From contig NC_043006.1 of NCBI RefSeq assembly GCF_006345805.1, forward strand, positions 70,742,001-70,806,000: a DNA stretch of 64,000 nucleotides, written 5' to 3'. Position numbers and translations under genes: made by a program. The notes beneath the pieces are model-generated. The model worked only from the letters and a program-made list of their open reading frames with translations, made no database searches and was not told the DNA's origin. This stretch comes from Octopus sinensis (Eukaryota). Every line of letters starts with the position of its first letter. The first letter of the stretch is position 1. Positions 38,769-50,910 of this stretch are shown here, in pieces.

Positions 38769-39769
38769 AAGTCGCGGTCCGACGTCTCCAGTGCGAGCAG
38801 TGGCGTGCCTCAAGGTTCAGTGCTTGGGCCCTTATTGTTCTTAGTCTTCATAAATGACTTGCCCGACGACCTCACGCAACACACCCTTCTATTTGCCGAC
38901 GATATCAAACTGGTCGCTCCTCGCGGTGATATAGAGGATCTTCGTCGATGCCTCCACCAAATTTGGAGGTGGTCTAACGAATGGGACCTGTGTCTGAACG
39001 TGTCAAAGTGCTGTCATCTGCCTGTTGGCTCTCCTCCTGCAACTCAACTTGATTTCGAGCCGGGTCGTCTGCTGCTGGAGAGGACCGATCAGGTAAAGGA
39101 CCTGGGTATCTTGGTGGATTCCTCCTTTTCGCCTTCGGCCCAGTGCGTCCATGCTGCCAACAAAGCACGCGGAATTCTGTTCTTGATTCGACGGTCATTC
39201 GGAATGCTCACAGCTGCCATATTCCTACCACTCTATGTCATGCTGGTGAGACCCATATTGGAGTACGGGATTCAAGCCTCTTCTTATCTCCTCAAAGACA
39301 TACAGCATCTCGAAAGAGTCCAGAAGCTGGCTACCCGCATGGTTCATGGTCTCAAAAATTTGTCCTGTGAAGAAAGGCTGAGGACGCTCGACCTTTATTC
39401 TCTAGAAAAACGCCGCCGCCGTGGTGATCTCATTCTCGCCCACAACATCATAAGCGGAAAGTGTAACCTCTCGAAAGAGCTGTTCTTCACTCCTGCTCCA
39501 GAGCGTCGGCTGCGGGGTCATTCCGAAAAGCTCTACCTGCGACGATTTCATCTCAATCGAAGGAGAGGAGCTTTCTCCGTCCGGGTTGCGGATCCGTGGA
39601 ACAAGCTGCCAGACGAGATGGTGAAGATGCCAACGACCGCTTTGTTCAAAGCCTCCCTTGACCTCAAGTGGCCTGAACTCTTTACATGAACACCACCCTG
39701 TACTTAACTCCATGTCCCCCTACATGACCTTGCTATTTGCTTTTGAGCCAAATTAACTAACTAACTAAC
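38769..39769 (+). mobile_element. 5'-truncated CR1/L2-clade LINE with uninterrupted RT C-terminal frame (38805-39689) and (TAAC)n tail
   Basis: The ORF contains VPQGSVLGPLLFLVFINDLP, LLFADDIKL, YVMLVRPILEYG, LERVQKLATR, RRRRGDLI and FSVRVADPWNKLP. A 3' UTR ends in taactaactaactaac at 39754-69. GC- and CpG-rich relative to the flanks. Confidence 0.93.
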
Positions 39770-40329
39770 ATTGGCCCCCATGACTTCACTGGTGCTTATA
39801 TTATAGGCACAGGCATGGGTGTATGGTAAGAAGCTTGCTTCCCAACCACATGATTCCAGGTTCAGTCCCACTGCATGGCACTTTAGGCAAGTGTCTTCTA
39901 CAATATACTCGAGCCAACCAAGGCCTTGTGACTTGATTTGGTAGACGGAAACTTAAAGAAGCTCGCCATGTGTGTATGTGTATGTGTCTCCCACCACCAC
40001 CTGATAACTGATGTTGCAGTGTTTACATCCTCCGTAACTTAGCGGTTCGGCAAAGGAGACTGATAGAATAAGTGCTAGGCTTTAAAAAAATCTGTCCTTC
40101 AAGATGGTGCCCCAGCGTGGCTGCAATCAAATGACTGAAACAAGTAAAAGAAAAAAACAATAAATAACAAAAGAAGGAACCCATAAAAATGAAAGACAAA
40201 GTTGGCCTTGGTGAAATTTCGAATTCAAAACATTAAAACAGACGAAACACTGCTAAGCATTTTATACAGCATGCTAACAATTCTAGGCGCTAAGATGTCT
40301 ACTAAGATCACATGTAGATATCTTCACAT

Positions 40330-40682
40330 ATTCCCAGATCATGAGCACCTTTTCAAACTCCACCTGTTTACAAAGTTAGAAAACAGCACAGCTCCCATGA
40401 CTTTCGGAAACACTTTTTCACGCTAAGAATTGAAGTATGGAACAAACTGCCGGCATCAGTTGTTAGTTGTCGGAGCACTGCATCCTTAAAAACTTCCATG
40501 CTTCTTGAGATTCGCCAACACTACACCTGATATTCTCCTCTCCATACACACGCAAGCATGTATCTGATTCATACACTGTTCGCGTTCCAGACATTTGTAC
40601 ATTACTGCATATGCTTTATACACACTTTTGACAAGTTGTGGTGCACCTGAGCACTGTATACAATAATTTCATTATTATTATT
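40330..40682 (+). mobile_element. CR1-clade LINE 3' fragment (second family)
   Basis: Encodes HDFRKHFFTL..VWNKLPASVVSCRSTAS, followed by a 3' UTR ending caataatttcattattattat that is shared with 45484-45980. Confidence 0.8.
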
Positions 40683-42719
40683 ATAGGACAGCAGCCATGC
40701 TGGAGCACCTCCTTCGAGAGTTTATCCCCAGCATCAATCTTTATTAAATGACCAACCTTACCTAAGTTATCCTTGTGGTTTTAAAGAGTTACCTCCCTGT
40801 TAAAGACAAATATGGCGCTATTACACTGGCATTCATGCATGCATATGTGCATATATATATATATATATATATGAAATTCTTTAATATTGAATTAATATTT
40901 TGATTAATTAGTCTTTAAGCATTAGGGGTTTTATCATAATTATTTGAGTGCTAGTAATGGATTCATCCAACCGTTTTTAAAAATTCTGATTGTTTTATGT
41001 TTTGGCTTGTTTTTAGATTATTATTTAAATTTTGATCTGTTTATATAAAGAGAGAAACAGACAGACAGATAGATAGATACGTAGATAGATAGATAGACAG
41101 ATAGATAGATAGATATCATCATCGTCAACATCGATGTCTACATTTTTGTGCTCATATGGGTTTGATGAAATTAGTTGAGACAGATTCTCTACGGGTGGAT
41201 ACCTTTCCTGTCAGCAACCCTGGCCTGTTTCTCACTAAGGTAATATTTCCCTGTGGCTGACATGTCTTCACAGAGGATTGGAAATGAAGGACTCTGCTTG
41301 TGATACCCACTTACACCTATCACATGATGCCAAAGCAAGGAGATAGTAACACACACACACATACAGCAGGCTTCTTTCAGTTTCCATCTATCAAAGGCTT
41401 TGGGTTCGCCCAAGGCACCATGCACTGGAACTGAACCTGAAACAATGTGATCGGTCAGCAAGCTTCTTATCCAACAACCACGTTTGTGTCTATATATATA
41501 CACACACACACACATATATGTGTGTGTGTGTGTAAATACATATATATATGGGGGGGTGCATATACATATATATATATATACACACACACAGACACGCATA
41601 TATACATATATGATTGACCGCTAGCTCCAAAAGCTTTTTTAATTCTCTCTATTTATTTCCTCATGTTCCTTTCTATTGAAGAGCATAGGCTCAAAACGTA
41701 AAAGACTTTCTCACCTTCCTGAGTGTTAAACTAATACACCTGCTTGTTGTTTATACACTTGTCTTTGTGGTTTTTTTTTCTGTAAATTTCAACTATATAT
41801 ATATATATATATATGAACAACTTGTTTTAAATCTCTGAGTGGGAGACATACAGTAACAGAACCGAATAGTAAAGTTTATTTGCCAACAGAATGTGGCAGT
41901 CTTATAGAGGATGATGTTACTGTTCTTTAAGCCTCAGGAAAACATCTTTTCCAGCTGGTCATCAACACACAGTCTGTGTCCGTGTAGTGTTTGCAAGGGA
42001 GCGATGGATAGGAGTTTGGATAGGAGCAATGACCTCCCTTGCAAACAGTATACAGACACAGACTGTGTGTTGATAGACAGCTGGAAATGATGTTTTTCTG
42101 GGGCTTAAACAAAAGTAACATCGTTCTTTACAAGACCACCATCTTCTGTTGGCAACTAAACTTTACTATATAGACATATATAATGTGTGTTTGTGTGTGT
42201 GTGTGTGTGTGTGTTTTAGGTATTTGGCCACTTGTGGCATCAGTGTTTCAAGTCTTATATACTGACATAGTATATGTAGGACTTCGTCACCCAATGTGTC
42301 CTTCATTTTGTAAGCTGGTAGGTTGTCATTCAAATAATACTGAACTGTTATCCCTGACAGATTGAGGAGCTACATAAAGTTTTATTGGTTTGTGGAGTAT
42401 ATTGTTGTGCAAAGGTCCTGGTATAAGACACAGAGTTGTTTAATTTATTTGCCTGTACATAGTGGAAAGGGGTTAAATTGGTGAAAACTGTATCTTCTTT
42501 GCTGATATATAAAACTCAATGTTAATCTTTCAGTAAACAAACACACACACAAGGTTCCAAATGAAGATGTTACAAGGTTTATCACACACACGCAAAGATC
42601 TTACGAGGTCTATCACTACACTCACATACACAATATTTATAAAGTTTTATTGGTTTATAGTTTCACCCCAACACTGATCATGAAGCATGGGCCCTAATAT
42701 CTATGTTTTTCTCTTTCAG

Positions 42720-43186
42720 AAAATCAAGATGTTAATTTGGATGCTATTCTTGGAGAACTCTGTGAACTTGAATGTCAGTTAAATACGACACAGAGTGAAA
42801 TATCAAAGTCTCTGGCTCCATCGACGACGACTCCACAGTCTACAGTAGGAATTAACTCTAGTGATCCTCCGGTACATCATGAACCGACCGACCCAATTCA
42901 AGCTGAACTTGATGCACTGGCTGCAGAAATCACCAAAGGACTGGGATTTAACACAAGCGATGATTTCTTTGGGATGCACACTGAGCTTACGTCACTGTTC
43001 CCGGATGGCGGCTTGGATATCACCGAAACAGACTCTGCTTATTCAGACAATGCTTCTTTGCCGTCTTCAGAGTCATTCACATCAATGGCCACAGTGTCTT
43101 CATCTGCCGATACCTCGAGCACTGGAGACGCCTGTAGCACAAGCAGTACGAGCACACTGACGCCAGCTTCTGCCACCCAAACTGAA
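42720..43186 (+). CDS. RAPH1: Internal coding exon of an MRL-family (RAPH1/lamellipodin, RIAM/APBB1IP, Pico, MIG-10) Ras-association/PH adaptor gene, N-terminal region
   Basis: Acceptor atgtttttctctttcAG ends at 42719 and donor GTAAGT begins at 43187. The frame is open across the exon (phase-1 start, phase-0 end): (E)NQDVNLDAILGELCELECQLNTTQ...ELDALAAEI...ETDSAYSDNASLPSSESFTSMATVSSS...ASATQTE. The LDAILGELCxLE segment and the DSAYSD...SSES segment resemble, from recall, the N-terminus of MRL proteins (e.g. RAPH1 DLDALMADLCSIEQEL). The family call is recalled, not searched, and the symbol means 'RAPH1-like'. Confidence 0.75.
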
Positions 43187-45483
43187 GTAAGTTCCTTCAC
43201 TTCTATAACATCCTTTTTTTTTTTTGGATTTTCTTCCTTTTCTTGTTCTCTTTTTCTCAAGACACTTTCATTGCAAAGTTCCTCACCCACAGTGTTTATA
43301 ATATTGTACAATAATTAAAGCAGTCCTCTGTGAAAAATATTCCCTTTGTAGGTGTATTTTCTGAGCCCTATATACCCCTGGAGTGCAGCCTAAAAGTCTA
43401 CTTGTACGGTCCCCTTACCAAAAGAGACAATTTGGCACAGCTGTGTGGATGCTTAGATTTGGCACAGCTGACTGGACATTCACCCAGTTTTGGCAATGGT
43501 ACTTTTTGCTGCTGGAGGTATGCAAATACACACACACACACACACACAGAAATATGCACATGCAGGTAGAAAGAGAGCAGGGAGGAGAAACCTTACAATT
43601 TATTAATTGACAAAATTGACCTAAACACCTTCCCTCTTTTCATGCACATTAAGAAATAACACTCACACACATAAACAAGAATTCAGCACCAAATTGGCAA
43701 TGCCAAATAGGCAGCACCAAAACAGCTGTGCCAAAATGTCTCATACCCATCTCCATATATTGAAAGCATCAAACAGGCTCAAACTCTGTTTGGGTACCCC
43801 TTGAATTAGGCGGGTACTTGCTGACAATATTCTGAGATAAGGGTGCTGTGGTTGAAGTCCAAAATAAATGTTACAGTTTGCAGTGAAGGTGTTAACTAAA
43901 TAATCAACTAATTATAATTATAATCCTATATTCATTGTTAATTTATCTGGTTGGTTGTACTAACGAGCAATGCTGGATTTTAATTGCTAACCTTATATAA
44001 CAGGCTTCTTTTCTTATGTTCTGTATAACTTAAACAGAGTGGGTGGGTACTTTGAGGATTTATCAGTTTAATATTCCTCTAGCACTGACTCTGCTGCTGG
44101 GGACACTTCCAGGGCTTACTGCGTGTATTGTCTCAACTGGAGAAAGGGCATTGATTCTGTATCACTTGATTTAAAGACTCCGAACCCTTTTATAACCTTA
44201 TTTTTTTTTTTTGAAATACACTGTCTTTCTTTCTGTTGATTTTAACAATAATGAAAACTTTCATAACACAACTTTCTCCTTATTAACCCGGTGCTTAGGA
44301 CATCAATTAACATGAAATTTTGATGAAAGGGTTCACTTTAAAATGGCAAGTTTGTATCATAGAACCAGGGACAGTCCCAAATGAATTTGTATCAAAAGGG
44401 TTAGGGGTCCGTTGAGTACAACTATTTATTCTGCAAGTACTGAATGAATGTTATTGTCCTTATTAATCTTATATATGGATGGGGCTTATGAGTTGTTTTA
44501 TTAAGGATCTCACTAGGATTGGTGTGTTTTTAAGGCTTATTATATAGGGTCATTAGCTGTCTCTTCAACATACAGATAATTTATTTGTCCAGTGTGTTAA
44601 TTTGACTCAAATTTTCAACCAGTCCTCATTGGGGGTCATCTGTAGAACTTCAAATGTTTGATTCCCTATTCTAAAAGCAGTTAGGCGTTTGTTGAAGATG
44701 ATATCATGGCAAGATTTGTCATCATCATCACATATCGTCATCATCATGTGTTGATGACTCTACAACAAAAGTCTTCCTGATTAAGTACAGGGCAGGTTCT
44801 CCCATTGATGATGAAGCCATAGCATTACTTCATTCTGACTTACAGTGTTTTCTTGGCAAAAATATTGGGGTCGTTTACCATTGCCTTCCCCATCTGGGTG
44901 GATTTTGGTCCACAGGGAGCTCAACTACCCTTCAACAGGTCTTGTTTTCAGTCCAGCTGGGTGTTCAGACATCCCTGTCACAAGAGTAACAAGCCATTCA
45001 AGTGAGGAAGAGCCAGTTTTGTTGCCAACCACTCAACCATGGAACAGGTAATACTGATTTACATGGTACCTGTAACAGGTCTCATCAGCCTGTGATGAGA
45101 TCCTTGAGCTGAGTAGAAGGCAAGATTATTCATATTAGATGATGTTTAAAAATCTCCCTTGCTCTTTATGTAGTTCCAGTTTTAAAGACAGGGAATTCGT
45201 TGGTGGTATATTATGTCACATTTCTTCACAATGGTTCATGCAGTCCCTGTTTTTAAAGACTTTATTGTAAGAGCAACATCATCAATTAACATCTGTTTTC
45301 CATGCTAACATGGGTTGGACAGTTTGACAGGAGCTGGGAAGCTGGAGAGCTACACCAGGTTCCAATTGTCTGTTTTGGTAAGGTTTCTATGACTAGACAC
45401 CGTCCCCTAATGCCAACCACTTTACAGAGTGTACTGGATGCTTTTTACATGGCACCAGCACAGGTAAGATGCAACTGCTGTAT

Positions 45484-45980
45484 CATTGAGAAGGCTGCAT
45501 TTGCTGTGTCCTGGGCGCCTTGCTTCCCTGGGCATGGACGCATTGAGGCTCCGACGTCTGGCGGCTGACTTGGCGGACACCCATGAAGTTGTCAACCATC
45601 GTACAAACAATGGCTCTGGGTGCCTTTTCAGACTCCACCCATCTGGCACCCATGGACATGTTTGCAGGGTCAGAGGACAGCACAGCTCCCATGACTTCAG
45701 GAAACATTTTTTCACGCTGAGAGCTGCTGAAGCATGGAACGGGCTGCCGGCATCAGTTGTTAGTTGTCGGGGCGCTGCATCCTTCGAAACTTCCATGCTT
45801 TCTGGGGTTCGCCGGCACTACACCTGATTTTCTCCCCTAAATACACACACGGGCATGTGTCTGACTCATACACTGTTCGCTTTCCAGACGTTTTTGCATT
45901 ACTGCATGTACTTTGTATGCACTTTCTGACAAGTTGTGGTGCACCTGAGCACTATATACAATAATTTCATTATTATTATC
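45484..45980 (+). mobile_element. CR1-clade LINE 3' fragment (same family as 40330)
   Basis: ORF 45486-45827 contains LRLRRLAADL...RKHFFTLRAAEAWNGLPASVV. Same 3' UTR and (TTA)n tail as the 40330 copy. Confidence 0.82.
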
Positions 45981-46865
45981 ATACTCCTGGCCTCATGTAT
46001 CCTTACTGTCATGTCAGTCAGAAATTTATAGAGGGTAAGGGTTCAGCTACTTACTGCCTTGTGCAGTCTCCACTTTAAGGCTGGAAATATAGAGATTTGG
46101 TCCCTACAATGAACAGATAGAATGATAAACAACACAGAATCTATACTCCCTCATTGCATCAGCAGATAAGGAGTATTACTCATACTCTGACTTGAAGTTT
46201 TTACAGTGGGATGGGGGCCATACAAATGGGATAGGCTGTTGTTTAGTGTGTGAAACAAAGTGACTCACTTGAGACCACAACAGGTGGGGGCAATGGGGCA
46301 ATAGCTAGACATATGATGATGTGTCTATGAGACAGCAATTTTAGTGACTTGGTTGATTTAAATATGATTTGTTGTGGAGGTTTCCATCATAATCTGTTCT
46401 TGCCTGGTCATTGATCAATGACCAGAAGTGAAAGCCACTTATGGATGTGAGAGGGTCCTTATACTGAAGAAGAATGGATGTTGTGTATTAGGGATAGAAA
46501 ACTGCTGGTTTCCGTACAGTGTTGAGAAGTGATGAAGCTGTGAAGAACTTCTCCACTTCCTACATTTGATATTAAGTCATAAACTGTGACATTTAAATGC
46601 AATATACTTGTTTCTCGATGTGTGTGAGAGAGAGAGAGAGGTCTTTTAGCTGATGACAGACCAAATCAGTGTTCCAAATATACAACTTGGTAATACATCA
46701 ACAGAAACAACAACATTCATAATTTCGAATGTTGGCACAAAAATGCAATTTGGTGTTGTGCTGTACTGTGAGACACCACACTGCGGTCCCTGTCTCTTCT
46801 AGCCAGATTCTGTACTGTAAGACAACAGAACATTACTTTTATACCCTCTTCACTGCCATCTTGTA

Positions 46866-46907
<42 letters not shown>

Positions 46908-47132
46908 CCTTTCTACTAAAGGCACAAGGCTTGTAATTTGTGGGGAGGGGACTAGTTGATTACATTGACCCCTAGTGTTCAACTGGTACTTATTTCATCG
47001 ACCCTGAAAAGATGAAAGGCAAAGTTGGCCTCAGCTGAAATTGAACTCAGAACATAGCAACAGGTGAAATACCACTAAGCATTTCATCCAGCACGCTAAA
47101 GACTCTGCCAACTTATCACCTTAATAATAATA

Positions 47133-47166
<34 letters not shown>

Positions 47167-47391
47167 CCTTTCTACTAAAGGCACAAGGCTTGTAATTTGT
47201 GGGGAGGGGACTAGTTGATTACATTGACCCCTAGTGTTCAACTGGTACTTATTTCATCGACCCTGAAAAGATGAAAGGCAAAGTTGGCCTCAGCTGAAAT
47301 TGAACTCAGAACATAGCAACAGGTGAAATACCACTAAGCATTTCATCCAGCACGCTAAAGACTCTGCCAACTTATCACCTTAATAATAATA

Positions 47392-47432
<41 letters not shown>

Positions 47433-47850
47433 GCAATTTTTCTACTCTAGGCACAAGGCCCGAAATTTTGGGGGAGGGGACCAGCTGATTAGATCGACAC
47501 CAGTATGCAACTGGTACTTAATTTATCGACCCTGAAAGGATGAAAGGCAAAGTCAACCTCAGTGGTATTTGAACTTGGAAATGTAAAGACAGACAAAATG
47601 CCACTGAGCATTTGGCCCAGCATGCTAATGGTTCTGCCAGCTCGCCAATGGTTTCAAATTTTGGGACAAGGTTAAGAAGTCCAGGGAAGGGGCCATGTCA
47701 GTAACAGTGACCCCAGTACTCAACTGGTGCTTATTTTATTGACCCCGAAAGGATGAAAGGCAAAGTTGACCTCAATGGAATTTGAGCTTAGACTGTAAAG
47801 ATGGACGAAATACCATTAAGCATTTTGTCCAGCATGCTTATGATTCTGCC
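46908..47850 (-). repeat. Cluster of four family A SINEs in the same orientation, the first two being an exact 259-bp tandem duplication
   Basis: cctttctactaaaggc at 46908 and 47167, and cttatcacct ends at 47121 and 47380. Diverged copies at ~47440-47645 and ~47650-47840. (TAA)n spacers separate the first three. Confidence 0.85.
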
Positions 47851-47899
47851 AGCTCACTGTCTTAAGAAGCCATGTTCCTATATTAGACACAGTTATTAT

Positions 47900-48200
47900 T
47901 GTCCTTCTTCTTCTTGTCTTCTCTCTCCTGCCTCTCCTTTTTCTCCTCTGTCTTCTTTTTCTCCACCTTCTTCTTTTCCCTCTTCTCCTTCTTCTTTTCC
48001 ACTTTCTTCTTCTCCTTCTTCACCTTCTTCTTCTCCTTCCTCTTCTTCACGTTCTTCTTCTCCTCCCTTCTTCTTTTCTTCTACACCTTCTTCTTCTCCT
48101 TCCTCTTCTTCACGTTCTTCTTCTCCTCCCTTCTTCTTTTCTTCTACACCTTCTTCTTCTCCCTCCTTTTCTTCACCTGCTTCTTCTTCCTTCCTTTCCT
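47900..48200. repeat. Polypyrimidine (CTT-rich) tract containing a 63-bp direct repeat
   Basis: cacgttcttc at 48048 and 48111. Almost purine-free on the + strand. Confidence 0.85.
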
Positions 48201-49840
48201 TTGTTTTTTTCTTAGGCCTTTTAAAAACCATTGGAACACTTCTCAAATGTTTCCATCAGAACAAACACACAAACAGACAAGCCAGGAAAAAAAATTCTTT
48301 TTTTTTTTTGGTATATTTATTTTTCATCCTAGCGGAAACATAACTTTGCCATATTCCTTTCCATATTAGCAGCCATATTTTTATAAGGAATATTGACATG
48401 CTGTTTACTTAATTCCACCCTGAAACTAGCACCATCACCACCACCACCACCACCACCACACCTCACTGCTAATCTCCACATTAAGGTTTGGTACCCTGTG
48501 ACTTCTACTTACATCTCTGAACTTCTCAAATGACGCCAATACACTCAATTCCACAGAGCACGTGTGTTCTGTGAATAGAGTCATGTAAAGAATATTCTTT
48601 AAGACTCAACTCAACTGGGTTTTTTTTTTTTCTAAATTTTTTATTTTATCTATTTATTTTATTTTTACTTTTCCATTTTTCTTTCTGAATTACTTTCTTC
48701 GTGTTTCAACATTTCTCTTTCAATATTTCGCTAACGTCACAGACTTCTTATGACTATTAAGATATAAAATATGTATTTGTGTGTATGTATGACATGTGTG
48801 TGTGTACAATCTCTCTTCTACATCAATCAGCCTGCAAGGAATTGAACATAAAAATCTTCAAGATAAAAGAAATTTTATATATTCTTGGTAATACATCAAC
48901 AGAAACAGCAACATTCATAATTTCAAATGTTGGCACAAGAATACGATTTAGGGTTGTGCTGTACTGTGAGACACCACACTTCTGTCCTTGTCTCTTCTGC
49001 CCAAATACTATACTGTAAGACAACAGAACATTACTTTTACCCACTCTTCACTGCCATCTTGTAAATAATAATAATAATAATAATAATGATAATAATAATA
49101 ATCATCCTTTCTACTAACAGCATGAGGCCTTTAATTTGTCTGGTGGGGACTAGTTGACTACATTGACCCCAAGTGTTCAACTGGTACTTATTTCATCGAC
49201 TCTGAAAGGATGAAAGGCAAAGTTGACCTCAGCAGAATTTGAACTCAGAACATAGCAACGGGTGAAATGCTGCTAAGCATTTCATCCAGCATGCTATGTG
49301 TCATGTGTGTGCATGCATGTTTGCATCAGTGTATATGTGTGTGCATGCATGTGTGTCCACTATATCGATGTGTGTGTGTGTCTCCCCACACCTCCAAACA
49401 CACCATGGTTACAACGCTATCTGAGTTATACCAAAACCAAAATATTTATCAATATTCTTCAAAATAGATTCTGCAAAACTAGCATCCCATTGGTTCCAGC
49501 TTATTGCCTGTGGCCATGCTGGGGCATTGCCACATGTAGTGTATAATATATTTATATGTATCTATATGTGTGTGTTTGTGTTAAATGAAAATGTGACGGC
49601 CCAGCCTCTTTAAATGCCTCCAAGACACAACCTTTAGCATCGTTTTGTCCAATGATAGGCATCTCAATATTCATTGTTAAGCCGATAAAAATTATTTAGA
49701 CAAGATAATGAGACATTTATACATTATTGGACTATAATAACAAAACTCATATGACACATATGCTGCTCTGTAAATTTCCATAGTTACCATATTTCCCAGC
49801 TTATAATACGACGACTGTAGTATAAACATATGGTGTAAAC

Positions 49841-50149
49841 CAGTGGTTCACAGACTTTTGGGGGCTGCCGCCCCTTTGACACACTGGCCACATTCCGAGC
49901 ACCTCCACCCCAACTAACCATCACAAACATAGACCTCTTTCTGGAGCAAATTCAAAGCAACTGTATTTCACAAATAAAACTTAATGAACCCAATATTTTG
50001 TTGTTTTTACTTGTATCGCTACCCCATTGTCGCTCCACTTTTTACATGAATCACTATCCCATTATCGCCCCACTTTTTTTCAACACCCCCTGGAACTTTC
50101 CACCGCCCCCTAGTGGGGTGGGCAATACCACCCACTTTGGGAACCACTG
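49841..50149. mobile_element. hAT-like MITE, same family as 8402
   Basis: cagtggttc ... gggaaccactg, body colinear with 8402-8689. TSD not clean. Confidence 0.8.
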
Positions 50150-50605
50150 GAAACATTCAAATATTGTTGCTGTCTTTCCAAATGTGACAGGGAATTTTTG
50201 GTCATCCAGAACCATTTTGGTGTTTCAGTCAACCTACTTTTTTTTTTCTTCTTCTTTCTGATGTAAATTTTGGTCTGCAGTAATATCCAATGATAGGCAG
50301 GGACAAAATGTTTGGAAACTATTTCAAATTTAGATTTAATATCCAAGGGCCTTCCTCTTAAATTTTCCAGTCCAGAAATAGCCACAAGTACAGTTGATCC
50401 AGCCGTTTTACTGTGTACCCAGGCATAAAGTTGGTATTTCTACGTGCTCGCGCACACACACTAGCCATCCCATAATTATTACCACAGACTAGTTCCAATA
50501 GCCAAACTCGCAAAGACAATTGAGAACTCTGAAGTTTGGAAATCACAGAAGTTAGAGACTTTTGTTTTCTCGTAAACCTTTCGCCGAATCTAAACTCAGC
50601 ACTGC

Positions 50606-50910
50606 AAGATAGTGGAGGTACGTGGCCTAGTGGTTAGGGCAGCGGACCCGCGGTCGAGGGATCGCGGGTTCGAATCCCAGACCGGACGATGTGCGTGTTT
50701 ATGAGCGAAACACCCAAAGCTCGACGCGATTCCGGCAGAAGGAAATGGTGAACTTCTGCTAACTCTTTCGCCATAATTTTCTCTCACTCTTTCCTCCTGC
50801 ATCTAGTAGCTCACCTGCAACGGACCGGCGTCTCGTCCACGTAGAGAACCTATACGCCAATCAAATCGGGAAACCGGCCCTTATGAGCTAGGCATGGCTC
50901 GAGAAGGAAC
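50606..50910 (+). mobile_element. tRNA-derived SINE (family E), CpG-intact copy
   Basis: Head gtggaggtacgtggcctagtggttagg...gggttcgaatccc with clear A and B boxes but no tRNA acceptor stem. A related head occurs on the minus strand at ~29400-29487. Confidence 0.75.

Noticed and set aside
43187-43318. C-terminal part of the 193-aa ORF (VSSFTSITSFFFFGF...) and its apparent Met start at 42737
   Set aside because: It lies beyond a consensus GTAAGT donor and runs through a T-run. The 'M' at 42737 is TTG (Leu) inside the exon.
47801-48369. S/P-rich, F-rich and E/G/K-rich ORFs
   Set aside because: They come from a CTT-rich low-complexity tract plus a SINE end, with no splice or domain support.
50606-50690. 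Possible tRNA gene
   Set aside because: It has A and B boxes but no acceptor-stem pairing and continues into a SINE body. A related head occurs at ~29400-29487.
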